A DNA stretch of 64,000 nt from Octopus sinensis (GCF_006345805.1 NC_043009.1:49910001-49974000), one strand, 5' to 3'; shown: positions 1-11,583, numbered from the stretch's first letter. The notes: a model not told the origin generated them from the letters alone. Program-made: numbers and translations.

Positions 1-49
<49 letters not shown>

Positions 50-50
50 A

Positions 51-90
<40 letters not shown>

Positions 91-106
91 CATTATTATT
101 ATTATA

Positions 107-146
<40 letters not shown>
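1..146. repeat. (GTT)n/(ATT)n compound microsatellite
   Basis: Direct reading of trinucleotide runs. Confidence 0.95.
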
Positions 147-148
<2 letters not shown>

Positions 149-357
149 GGTGGTGAGCTAAAAGAATCATTAGCAAGCCGAGAAAAATGTACAGCACCAT
201 TTTGTGCATCTTTACATTCACAGTTCAAATTCCACCGAAGTTGACTTTGCCTTTCATCCTTTCAGGGTCGATAGAATAAGTACCAGTTAAACACTAGAGT
301 CAATGTAATTGTCTTATCCCCTCCCTGGAATTGCTGGCCTTGTGCCAAAATTTGAAA
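147..357 (+). mobile_element. SINE family A, (ATT)n-tailed subfamily
   Basis: Head aaggtggtgagct, B-box-like gttcaaattcc, core gcctttcatcctttcagggtcgat...aagtaccag, tail ccttgtgccaaaatttgaaa then (ATT)n. Aligns by eye with copies at 15039, 33563, 40623 and 56943. Confidence 0.85.
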
Positions 358-385
358 TTATTATTATTATCATTATTATTATTAT

Positions 386-660
386 CTTTTTTTTTCTTCT
401 TTCAAATTTGCTTCCATTTCTTGCCGAGTGTCTTCCTGACTCCTAGGGCAAAGAAACTCATAGTTTACATTGGTAAGCCATTAAACTAAACTCACTAGTT
501 CGTTCATTTTTTTTTTTTTAAGTTAAATTAAAATACATGGGTAGTAATAGTTCTCACATCGACAATGCTCTTCTCAATACGTGTGATGTACCAGTTAAGA
601 CAATATTTTGCACTTCTTGCAGGGATGGTAAGCCAGGGATCATTCTCATATAATTTTCGG
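386..660 (-). mobile_element. 3' remnant of an RLE-type (R4/Dong-like) non-LTR retrotransposon
   Basis: Minus strand 658..554 translates ENYMRMIPGLPSLQEVQNIVLTGTSHVLRRALSM*, matching the Q-x-x-x-L-x-G-T-x-H-(I/V)-L-R C-terminus of this group. A 3'UTR and A-rich end follow, and both sides are (TAA)n repeats. Confidence 0.7.
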
Positions 661-1054
661 TTATTATTATTACTATTATTATTATTATCATCATTATTAT
701 TATTATTATTATTACTACTACTATCATTATTATTGGTATAACAGTTGTGATGAAAAGTGAAAGTACGAAGTTATAGCCCTAGACAGATCACATTGTGGTA
801 GCTGTGATGGTGAAAATCAGTGGTGAACAGAGTCAAGAATATGGAACATGAAATTTAATCCTCATTAAAGAACTCTATAATTAACAGTGGGGTAACATGG
901 AGTACACAACTGGGAGTCATTTGGTAATGATAATTTCTCTCTTCAATAACCTTTCCCTAAAGACACTGGGGCTGAAAGGTTATATTTCTTAATATTATTC
1001 ACATCGTACAGGTTTAATATCTACTGCAAAGACCCAGTTATGTTTTTTTCTAAT

Positions 1055-1402
1055 TCTTTTATCTTTTATTCTTTTACTTGTTTCAGTCATTTGATTGACT
1101 GCAGCCTTGCTGGAGCACTGCCTCAAAGGGTTTTAGTCAAAGCAAGCCGACCCCAGGCTTATTTTTAAGCTGAGTATTTATCAGTCTCTTTTTGCCAAAC
1201 CACTAAGGTACGGGACATAAACACACCAACACTGGTTGTCAAGCAGTGATGGGGGGACAAACACACAAACACACACAAAAGTACACACATACATACGATG
1301 GGCTTCTTTCAGTTTCCATCTACCAAATCCACTCACAAGGCTTTCATTGGCCTGAGGCTATGGTAGAAGGCACTTACCCAAGGCGTCATGCAGTGGGACT
1401 GA
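1055..1402 (-). mobile_element. SINE family B, 5'-truncated
   Basis: cttttacttgtttcagtcatt...gggcttctttcagtttcc...cagtgggactga, homologous to 16608-17012. Confidence 0.85.
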
Positions 1403-1436
1403 CAAAATATCTATTATATCAATTATAGTCTCATGG

Positions 1437-1620
1437 ATGGTGTGAATTAGTGGTTGGAGGTGCTGGGCTCAGAAGCATTGGGTTGTTGGTTCAATTCTCA
1501 GATCGAACAACACATTGTGTCCTTGAGAAGACTCATCATTTAATGTTGCTCTAATTTACTCAGCTTCTGTTGAATTTAACCCCATGACAAACTGGTATCC
1601 TGTTCAGAAGGGATCTCTGT
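1437..1620 (+). mobile_element. old tRNA-headed SINE-like fragment
   Basis: A-box-like tggtgtgaattagtgg, B-box-like ggttcaattc, then ttgtgtccttgag. Single degenerate copy. Confidence 0.35.
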
Positions 1621-1710
1621 ACTCTCAGTTGTCCAAATCTAGTTAAGCTTCATATAGTTATAGGATTGAGGCAAATTTTAGACATCTTAGTCTATTTTCT
1701 TTAGTTCATT

Positions 1711-2013
1711 TTAACCCTTTCATGATCACGTTTATAATGAAATACATTTTTTGCTAGTTTCAGACAGTAGGTTCTGGATATACAAAGGCATCACCATAAT
1801 TGAATATAGGTTTTTAAAAATTTTTGAAGATAATTACTTTTCATATTAACCAAGAATTTGGTGAGGTTTAGTAAAATGATTGTTTGAATGACAACAAAAA
1901 TGGTTCTTACATCAAATCATAAAGAGAGATCTGAAATATGAACATTTTAAGATAAGACGTTTTTCTCACAGAACCAGAAGCAATCTCCAACGGATTAGTA
2001 TTGAAGGGATTAA
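1711..2013. mobile_element. older TTAA-flanked MITE (piggyBac-type ends)
   Basis: TTAA-CCCTTTCA at the left and TGAAGGGA-TTAA at the right. Interior diverged from the younger MITE copies. Confidence 0.45.
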
Positions 2014-2390
2014 GCAACCATTTCTGAGGCCATTCTGGAATACCATCTTCAATAAATATAGAGCAAACTCGGTATTATGCTGTATTCCTGCTATGGTGGG
2101 AATAAGTTGAATGTCAACTCAGTTGGGTCCCTGGTAAAGCAGTAATGAACAACATAAGTAGAAAAAGAAGATGCAGCTAATTCTGTCCGTTAGTTTGCCC
2201 ACAGTTGTTACTCTTGAGCTGAGTATACAACTATTTATTTTTTTGTTCAGGAGCCCAGGTGGAGGTAAAGTTAGACACAGCGGCCCAAGTCTGAGAGGGT
2301 TAAACAATGTGTTTAATCTCATTACAACTGTGAAACCCTCACAGAAACCCCATGAAGCTCCTTCACTGGTCACATTTCCTTTTCAACAGT

Positions 2391-2619
2391 TTAACCCTTT
2401 CATTACTAACCCGGCTGAAACCGGCTCTGGTTCTGAGTACAAATATCTTGTTTTCATAAGTTCTGAATTAAAATCTTCCACTTAAACCTTATTCACAATT
2501 TATGTTCCTAACACTAGCTGAATGATAACTAAGTTAGTTTACTAAATTCTTTGTTATATTTAAAGGAATTGAAAGAAAGACAGAGCATCTCAAAACAAAT
2601 ACAGTAACGAAAGGGTTAA
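2391..2619 (-). mobile_element. piggyBac-type MITE (family D)
   Basis: TTAA-CCCTTTCATTAC ... GTAACGAAAGGG-TTAA. Reverse complement of the copies at 8615 and 13429. Confidence 0.88.
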
Positions 2620-2749
2620 CAGATATAAACCTGCAGAGGTTTGAGTAAGACACCAACAATTTAATTTATTAATCTTACTAGTCAAGAAGTGTCTGAGAGT
2701 GCTACAAGCCTTGATTATTTTCTTCAGCAATGATTGTCTCATGTAACTA

Positions 2750-2862
2750 ATTCTGAATTATCCAATGTAGCCTTAGATTAAATTTTAAGATGGTAGGACA
2801 TGATTTAAAGGAAATCTGGTTGCTCTTTCTAGCAGGTCAGGCAACCACAAAGCAGTTCCTTT
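2750..2862 (-). mobile_element. old repeat family E fragment
   Basis: aaatctggttgctctttctagcaggtc motif shared in reverse with 55800 and 62820. Confidence 0.45.
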
Positions 2863-3197
2863 GTTGTTTCTGTATATAATTAGCATTCCACATAGTTATA
2901 ATTTAACAGGATGTTGCATGTCAGTGAAAATATGCTGCGCTTGTATAGTGAAACAATATAATCAGCAACTTTATGGCACCATAACAATATTTGGAGCAAA
3001 GTTGGTTTGTTGGAAAGCAGTGACAGATCATTAGCAGCAGGAGTAATAGCAGCAGGTGAAACATAAATTAAATTAAAGAGCTCTCGACCTGATCAGAGAC
3101 ATCTACCTCAAATCACGAACTGCCACCTTATAAAGGACACTTTGGACAATGATTTCCACATTATAAATTGTAATACATTTGTATGGAATCTCTGATC

Positions 3198-3665
3198 TCT
3201 TATTTCTTACTTGTTTCAAACATTAAAATGTGACCATGCTGGGGCACTGCTTTGGCGGGCTTTAGTCAAAGAAATCCACCCTTTACTTCATTTTACATCT
3301 AGTACTTATTCTATTGTTTTTTTGTTTTTTTTTTGCTGGACTGCGAAGTTAAAAGGATGTAAACAAGCCAACACCAGTTGTCAACCAGTGAGAGGAACAA
3401 ACAAACACAAACACCTAGATGCACATGCACACACACACACACAAACACATTCACACACACACATGCATGCATGCACTCACCGACACAAAGACATGTACAC
3501 ATACACACGTGCACACAATAGGCTTCTACACAATTTCCTCCTACCAAATTCACTCACAAGTGGTCATCTCAGAACTACAGTAGAAGACATTTGCCCAAGA
3601 TTCTGCAGAGTAGGACTTAACCCCGAACCACAAAGCAAGTTTCTTAACCTCACAGTCATACCTGT
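3198..3665 (-). mobile_element. SINE family B, diverged copy
   Basis: Same module order as 16608-17012, with an expanded internal (CA)n. Confidence 0.8.
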
Positions 3666-4304
3666 GGCTAAACAAAACAAACAATACAACTACCTCTACC
3701 GGAACCAGAGTTACTGTAATTTTGGGTGATTCTGTAGCAGTAGGTAAAGTTATTAATGAGATATACATACAACATACTGTATGTATTTTGAATTGATAGT
3801 TTGGGCAGGAGTGAGTACAAACCATGCTGTAAAGGCTAGAGTCAAAACTGTATTGATGTGTGTGTGTGTTTGTGTGTGTGTGTGCGCGTGCGGGTAATAG
3901 AGACATGGGAACAACTTTTGTAACACTGTACGATGGGATGTTATTCTGATGATACACAGGTTACATTGTATAGATTATAACTTAACCAGCTTCTGAACTT
4001 CTTGGATGGTAACCATATGTGAGTTAATTTTTGTAATATGCGATACAGCTAGAGTAGATAGATATTCTTGAACATAAATAAGGCACGAGGCAGCAGAGAT
4101 CATGTTTTATAGGCATATAACTTAGATGCCTTGCCTTGTCTTGTAATAGTGACAGATAAGCTAGTCATGAAGGATCATGTGAGACAAGAATAAATATGAG
4201 ATATAGTAGATTGAGAGATATGTGGTAGACGGTGGATATCAAAGGATAAGTCAACTGCTTTACTATAAGATAGGAATATATATTTGATTTAGTTCCATGA
4301 TATA

Positions 4305-4745
4305 TATTGTTATTTGGCCCTAGGTTGGCCTTGATCAAGTAGTCAAATAGAATCAAATGATTTCTGCCAGTAGCACGTAAAAAGCACCATCCGATCGTGG
4401 CTGTTTGCCAGCCTTGAGTGGCACGTAAAAGCACCCACTACACTCATGGAGTGGTTGGCATCTGGAAGGGCATCCAGCCGTAGAAACATTGCCAGATCAG
4501 ACTGGGCCTGGTGCAGCCTTCTGGCTTCCCAGACCCCAGTTGAACCGTCCAACACATGCTAGCATGGAAAGCGGACGCTAAAAGATTATAATGATGATGA
4601 TGATCTGGATTTTTTTACTCACAGATATGGTCTATCTAGGACTATATTATCTAATGTTCCTGTTTTTATTTTACAATATTAGGGTTGTGAAATTTGAGGG
4701 AAATTTGGTTGTGATTTCTGACAGGTCAATTACCATGGAGGAGAC
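4305..4745 (-). mobile_element. old repeat family E, interrupted by a family C SINE
   Basis: 3' end at 4305-4342 (ttgttatttggccctaggttggccttgatc) and remainder at 4620-4745 flank the C copy. Confidence 0.55.
4365..4604 (+). mobile_element. SINE family C ((GAT)n tail, RTE-partner-like 3' end)
   Basis: gcacgtaaaaagcacc units, ggaagggcatccagccgtagaaac, tgctagcatggaaagcggacg, then (GAT)n. Confidence 0.88.
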
Positions 4746-5872
4746 ACCCCTGTTGGCTCAATTCATTGTAGTATGTGATTTAGATGGAGTAGGTATACTG
4801 CATTTTAAAGGTAGTGAATCTGATGATTCGGCAAACATGATATATCAAAGAATACAAAGACATCCTGTGTATATGGCAGTGATTTGTAAAATAAATAAAT
4901 GGATAAATAAATAAAACAGTTGGTGTTTTATAACATGTGACACAGAATAGGTATGCGGCTTGTTAGTGACAGCAATCACCACCACTAATACCATCACCAT
5001 CGGTACGCTTGTTATCATAGAAGTGGGCTATTGTAGAGAAGTAAAAGTTCACCTGTTGAGCGGTAGTAGTAGTGATGGAGTGGGAAGTAGAATTGGTACG
5101 TTTGGCTTACATCAACCAGAATAGATCAATTATATATATATAAAGACAACAACAAAAATGAAATGAAGCAGGAACTTTATCCTCAATAGACGACATTACA
5201 GCAAATATGATTGGCTGACAAGAACTAGTTCAGTCTCAAAGAGCTAGCTATCTACATACATACATGTATACAAAATGCATAGAAACATATATATATATAT
5301 ATATACATCTATATGTGTGTGGCCTACATGATTTATTTTTCTTTAGTTTGGGTTTAATTTGGTTCTTTTTATAGACAAAACCACTGAGTATTCATTGAAG
5401 CAGAAAAATAGAAAACAATAGGTAAAAAATGCGAAGAAATTGTTCTTAGTATCTTCATGGATTTTGTTTTGTTTTTACCTTTTGTTTTACGTCGTTCTTT
5501 CTTTCCTGCTTTTTTTTTTTTTTGTTCTAGACAACTTCATTTTCAAACAGGAAGGAAAAGTAATGAAGGATTTAAGTTTTTGGTTGTATTTTTTATTTTT
5601 ATTTCTTTATGCCTTCATTCAATTTGTAGTGAAGGAAAATGATGTTGAGCTGTAAATATCAGTAGTTGCACCCCCACCCCTAGCCCCCCACATATACGCA
5701 AACATTTATCTGAACACATATTTATACATATATATATATACACACACACATACATACATATGTACACATGCACTCTCATATCTATCTATGCTCCTCCCCC
5801 ACTGATGTAGTATATATGAAGAGGAAATTGATCAAATCATACAACATATCCTCAGTTGTATGCAAAAAGGAA

Positions 5873-5942
5873 TATATATATATATATATTATATATATAT
5901 ATATATATTATATATATATATATAATATATATATATATTATA

Positions 5943-6006
<64 letters not shown>
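5873..6006. repeat. (TA)n-(GA)n microsatellite
   Basis: Direct reading. Confidence 0.95.
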
Positions 6007-6479
6007 AGATTGATAGATATTGAGAAAGGAGGAAAGAGTTATTTAGGAACAATAAAGGAGGGAGAAAGAGCGAATATGTTTGTGTGTTATATTAATTGCA
6101 TGGCTGGTTGTGTGTGGCTATATAAGTTTGTACCTACATGCAAGTTATACTTTAAATCCATCTGTGTATATGCACGCATGTGCATGCGTACATACATATA
6201 TGCATTCATATGTGTGTATGTGTGTGTGTAATGTGAGTGTATATATAGTAATAAAACTTGTTTTGAAGTATGTGTTAGTATTTTTGCTAGTAATTCTAAC
6301 ACACACACACACACACATGCGCACACATATCTGCAAAAAAAGTTCAATGATCGTAATATCAGTTGCTGTCATGCTTCACTGTAATCTGGTTGTTTGCTAC
6401 GCAGTGAGATTAACATTACATATAACTTAATTATGAACACTTTTGACATCTAAAACCAACTTGCAAAGATTTATAAAGA

Positions 6480-6494
6480 TTATATATATATAAT

Positions 6495-6580
<86 letters not shown>

Positions 6581-6700
6581 CAGACAGATAGATAGATAGA
6601 TAGATAGAGAGAGAGATAGATAGATAGATAGATAGTATGTCTGACTATCTATCTATCTATTATATATAGAGATAGTTAGACAGACAGACAGATAGATATG
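6480..6700. repeat. (TA)n-(GATA)n/(GACA)n microsatellite
   Basis: Direct reading. Confidence 0.95.
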
Positions 6701-6757
6701 TGCTATATATGTATACATACACATACACACATTATTACTATCAGGTTACCAACTCAC

Positions 6758-6834
6758 CCTCATTGAATAGGGGTAAATTCTTAGAAACATGGCAAGAGAG
6801 TTGATTGGTAATCTCAAGGGAATGTAACCAGAAA
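6758..6834 (-). CDS. candidate 77-nt internal exon of an unidentified minus-strand gene
   Basis: Acceptor tttatttctttctttttttttctgcatttag and donor AGG|gtgagt. Two frames are open: (V)SGYIPLRLPINSLAMFLRIYPYSMR (phase 1 to 0) and FWLHSLEITNQLSCHVSKNLPLFNE (phase 2 to 1). No family recognised. Confidence 0.45.
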
Positions 6835-7266
6835 CTAAATGCAGAAAAAAAAAGAAAGAAATAAAGCTAAAAGAGAATCTATGATGTATAAAAAAAAATA
6901 AAAGGAAGAGAATATATAAGGACAGTTTTCGGTGTTTCTTCAAATCAAAAAAGGGCATAGATTACTGGAACCATTCAAGCTAGTCTGATGCTGTAGTAAC
7001 TTATTGACAAGTCTGACAGGTTTCTTTTAGCCGAACAATTGCTGTTGTCTTCTTCTTTGTCTTGGTATAGAGGATGTAATGTTGGTACATTGGTTGGCTT
7101 GTGGTCAAGCATTGAAAAGTTGACAGCTCTCTGACATTTTTTTTTTTGCCGTCTTGGAAACCAGCTATCAAAGTATATTTTGGAGCAGTGCTCCCTATTT
7201 CTGTTTTCTGACCCTTAAAACTAGCTTTCTCGAAACAATGGTGAAATTTATATATAATCAATTTAC

Positions 7267-7273
7267 CTTCCAT
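7267..7273 (-). CDS. candidate coding part of a start exon (M-E, phase 1)
   Basis: aatATGGAAG|gtaaat has good start context and donor. It is frame-compatible with the 6834 acceptor across a 432-nt intron. Confidence 0.25.
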
Positions 7274-7746
7274 ATTAACAGCAATATCAGTAAAAATAAC
7301 TTTATATTTGCAACATTGCTACTACTTCTCTAACAAAAATAGCCCAATATATTAACACTGATGCATTCAACTATACAAAACTGGAAATACGTATAAATGA
7401 AACAAAATAATGACCATCACTCCTATTATTATCATTATTATCATTATTATTGTCATGCTCATCATTAGACTGGGAAGGAAGGAATAATTTGAAATCCTTT
7501 ATAGGTGCTGTCAGAATTTTAGGTTGCCATATCACAGATAAGCATACAGGGTGGTAAAACAACAAGCAACTGACATGAAATGAATTCAGAAGCAAAGTGA
7601 CCTTCTCTTCGAATTGTCAAAACCACAGTTAATAAGATGATTGTACAGGCTGCTGCAATATTTTTCTAGGGAAAGCAAATATTGTCAGGTTTCTAGAAAT
7701 TTTTTTTTCTTTTTCCATTTTCTTTTCTTTTGAACCTTATTAACAG

Positions 7747-7864
7747 CATAAAATGACATTTTCTCATTCTTCATATCTGAAGACCATGACAAGGAGAAAC
7801 AGTTTTGATAGTTAGAAAGAAAGTAATTTTCCACGTGGTTGACAAAAAGACACTTTCTACTAAG
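7747..7864 (+). ncRNA. candidate non-coding exon (antisense to the putative gene)
   Basis: Long pyrimidine tract ending ttaacag at 7746 and donor AAG|gtgagt at 7865. Stops in all three frames. Confidence 0.2.
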
Positions 7865-8332
7865 GTGAGTAATTGCAACCAGATATCAAACAGAGTTTGA
7901 GTTATCCCTGACAATAATTCAGAAATCAGTATTTTTATAGAGTCAAGTTTCAGGAAGCAACACACTGCTAATGTCAAAATGTTTTTAATACCAGAAGTGA
8001 AATATTATTTATTTAAAACAAAGACATTTTTAACTACAGTAGGCGACTATATATGAACTACTTTTGACAATATACTAATGTCAATATTTATTGTAACACA
8101 TCTAATTGCATCGATAACCAGCTAGAGGAGACATCTCTCTATTCTAATACAATTATCATTGTTGCAGTTGAGAATTATTTTATATAACCTTGTAACAGTT
8201 TAGAAGAAAGCACACAGCTAGATATATGTTAATGGTGTAAGATTTAGTGTTCATGTAAAAGACAATACATATTACTAAATTTTGATAGCATACTAGCTAT
8301 CAAAGAGGTATTTATCTGATGAGGTATTCACT

Positions 8333-8975
8333 AAAATTAATTAATCTACACAAAATAAAAATATCAACTAGAATTAATCTACAGTAGATATACTAAGCTA
8401 CCCAATTAGAATTAATTAATCTACTTGAAACATACTAGGTTATCCGACTAAAATTAGCTAAACTAAAGAAAACATACTAAATTATCTAATTAAAATGAGT
8501 TGATTTATAAAAAAATATACTAGATTATCAAATTAGAATTACCTAATTTTTTGATTATCAATTCAAAATTACTTAGTCTTCATAAAACAAACTAGGCTAT
8601 TCAACTAAAATTATTTAACCCTTTTATTACCGTATTTATTTTGAGATGCTCTGTGTTTCTTTCAATTATTTTAGATATAACAAAGAATTTAGTAAAATAA
8701 CTTAGTTACCATTAAGCTAGTGTTATGAACATAAATTGTGACTAAAGTTTGGTGGAAGATTTTATTTCAAAACTTAAGAAAACAAGACATTTGTACTACA
8801 GAGCCAGAGGCGGTTTTGGCTGGGTTGGTAATGAAAGGGTTAATCTACACAAAACATACTTGGTTATCAACTAGAATTAATCAACAGAAAATAAAGAGGT
8901 CATCTAGCTGAAAATAGTCTACACAAAAAATACTAAGTTATTCAACTAAAATTACTTGATCTACAGAAAATATAA
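8333..8975. repeat. degenerate ~40-bp minisatellite
   Basis: About 11 units resembling aaaattaattaatctacacaaaacatactaggttatccaact, interrupted by a MITE. Confidence 0.7.
8615..8843 (+). mobile_element. piggyBac-type MITE (family D)
   Basis: TTAA-CCCTTTTATTAC ... GTAATGAAAGGG-TTAA. Removing it plus one TTAA restores a minisatellite unit. Confidence 0.9.
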
Positions 8976-10571
8976 TAGGGAGATTTAACAATAAGCCAGA
9001 CAACAAAGACAATGCCTCAGCACCCTGAAATGAACTTGAACCTGTCTGCAACAGCATCTGCATCGTAGTTCCTGGAATACATTAAATGTGCATTTTTAGT
9101 ATTTTACTGTTTACTACTTAATAAACTTAAATTGCTTGCTAAAGTGATGTGATCCCGTTTAATTGCAATCAATTGTCTTCTGTCACAGAGCTATCATGCC
9201 ATCTTCAACTAACACCTGGGTTTTCCTAATTCTGAATAATGAGCATTAAAACACGGCAATATATTGTGTTAAAGTCCAATTCATAGAGGAAAAGAACAGC
9301 CTGTCCTTACAAGTGTTGCAGCCATCTTGAGAGAAATAATGCCAGGGGAAAAAATACAATAGGAATACAAAATATAAAAAACAAAACAGAAAAATTGAAA
9401 AATAAGAACATCAAAGTTCTTTATAACCTCACAACACAATTAAACTCCAAGTGTGTACTTTAACATGAAGAAGAACAACAAAACTTGCCATATTGAGTTC
9501 TCCAACAGAAGACAACTGGTAGAAAGATAACACCATAAAATCAGATGAAATCCATCTCCATCTGCAGCCAACAATTTTAATTGCAAATATATTCCCATAG
9601 TCCACAGCCCAATAAGAGCACTTTACCATTGCTGTATTCACGCTTGGTAAATTCCATAAGGAGAGGTGTCACTTCAAACTTGCAGATAATTGCAATTAAA
9701 TGGTGGTAAAGGCATTTTGATAATTCACCATGCAGATAAGGAAGTGAGATACTGACAGAGCTGATGCCAGTGACATAATGAACCATGGTAAAAGTATTGA
9801 CAAGGAAACAAGAAATAAATTTCAAAACTACATTAATATACACAGATAACATGGCTGCTTCCAAAGATGGCATGCTTGATTAAATTGCACCCAAATTTCT
9901 AAATTATGCTTGACATAAACAGCTTTTGTAAAATTTTTCCAATTCGTAAAAGCAAAAACAAACCAGAAATGATTGGAGAATTCTTTGGTTTCTATATAAA
10001 AAAAGAAAGAAATTATGATAGTTTAATGGAGTAACTTGTCACAGATAAAAATCTTGGGAAAATGTCTTTCCTATTTTATTTCTACTTTTTTTTTTTTTTT
10101 GGTTTCTTATTTTTCTAAGGAAAAACAGTAAATGTTGAAGAGGGTTCCTTGATTATTGATATTTTGGTGAAGACAACAAAACATTTTGTAGAGCTATGAT
10201 CAATTAAGTAAAAGATGTATTTCTTTTACACTATTATAGAGATAACATGCCTGCACACACATACACACACACAAACATGCATGCCCATAGATACACACAC
10301 ACATACACACACACACACAATACAGGATGTTATTTTTGTTTGATAATTTGGTTTGATCATTTATTTGAGTATTTTGAGAAGTTACCATGACAACAAATGT
10401 TCACGGTGGCCCAAATCATCATTATTTACAATATTTCGTTGACAGCAGATATCTTTTGATAGGTTATCACTGTTTCTTGTAGGTGGAGTGTTAAGGGGGC
10501 ATAGAAGTTACAGATGCTGCAATAAGAAGGAACATCACTTTTGAGCTCATATTGTGTGTGTGTATGTGTAC

Positions 10572-10604
<33 letters not shown>

Positions 10605-10989
10605 TTAGGGATAATGACCATATAGAAGGTAACAAAAGTTGAAGCTAATTTGTACTTCAGATTAGACAACAGTTTCCACTCATGTTCTTACCTTACAAAC
10701 GAGTTTTATAACATACTTGGAACAAAGGTATATAGATAAAATCCAATGGAGACACATATATATTGTCTCATCGAATTAACTAATTAATTAATTAATATAG
10801 AGAGAATCTAATACTGAATTATAATGTGTATTCTGAAGATGCATGTTGCAAGTGTGTGTATATATATTACTATATATACATATATATGTGTGTGTGTAGC
10901 TAGCAAGATAGAGATATCTATTTAGTGTTGACAGTTGGGAAACAAAATACTCAACACCATCATAGAGATTAATAATATATTTTATCACT

Positions 10990-11142
10990 TTATTTTGGTT
11001 GATTCAGTCTCTTATTACTCGGAATTTCACCTGGGGGTGGATAGGGTCTTCAGACAAGTCATGAGTCATAATTTGCCCCTGAAGACCAAGTGCACCCACA
11101 GGTGAACCTCAGAGTAGCAAGAGACTGACTCAAGCAAAATAA
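10990..11142. repeat. fold-back inverted repeat 1 (64-bp arms, 25-nt spacer)
   Basis: 10990-11053 is the reverse complement of 11079-11142, with 12 mismatches by hand alignment. Confidence 0.9.
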
Positions 11143-11167
11143 CACACACACACAGACACACACAGAG

Positions 11168-11325
11168 GAAAAGAGGTGACAAAGAGAAAACAATGGTTAT
11201 GTTATGAACTTCATTAGCTTACAGCTGTTTCAGCTATAAAATGCAGTGGACTGTTATAGCAGAAACATCTGTAAGCTAATAAAGTTCACAACATAACCAT
11301 TGTTTTTCCTGCATCACCTCTTTTC
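11168..11325. repeat. fold-back inverted repeat 2 (72-bp arms, 14-nt spacer)
   Basis: 11168-11239 is the reverse complement of 11254-11325, with 9 mismatches by hand alignment. Confidence 0.92.
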
Positions 11326-11419
11326 TTATTACTTCCCTATACTCATCTAACACTTTGTTCAGAAACATATGTATATTGAGTTCTACACCAGGTTATTACT
11401 CTCACAATGCCCATGTGAA

Positions 11420-11583
11420 GGCACGTAAAAAGCACCCACTACACTCACGGAGTGGTTGGCATTAGGAAAGGCATCCAGCTGTAGAAACACTGCCAGATCA
11501 AACTGGAGCCTGGTGCAGCCTCCTGGCTTCCCAGACCCCGGTCGAACCATCCAGCCTTTGCTAGCACGGAAAACAGACGTTAA

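Noticed and set aside
347-413. Shared aaatttgaaa end of SINE A and the adjacent LINE remnant as evidence of partnership
   Set aside because: Only ~10 AT-rich bases, and the two elements are followed by opposite strands of the ATT repeat.
4079-4100. taaggcacg, matching the start of miR-124
   Set aside because: Diverges after 9 nt and there is no convincing precursor hairpin.
8976-9900. Possible decayed transposon or LINE endonuclease region (ORFs 9429-9873)
   Set aside because: Complex sequence, but I could not find a defensible motif, matching terminus or second copy.
10685-10725. 24-nt microexon YVIKLVCK before AAG|gtaaga (minus strand)
   Set aside because: Requires a rare AAG acceptor with a short pyrimidine tract.
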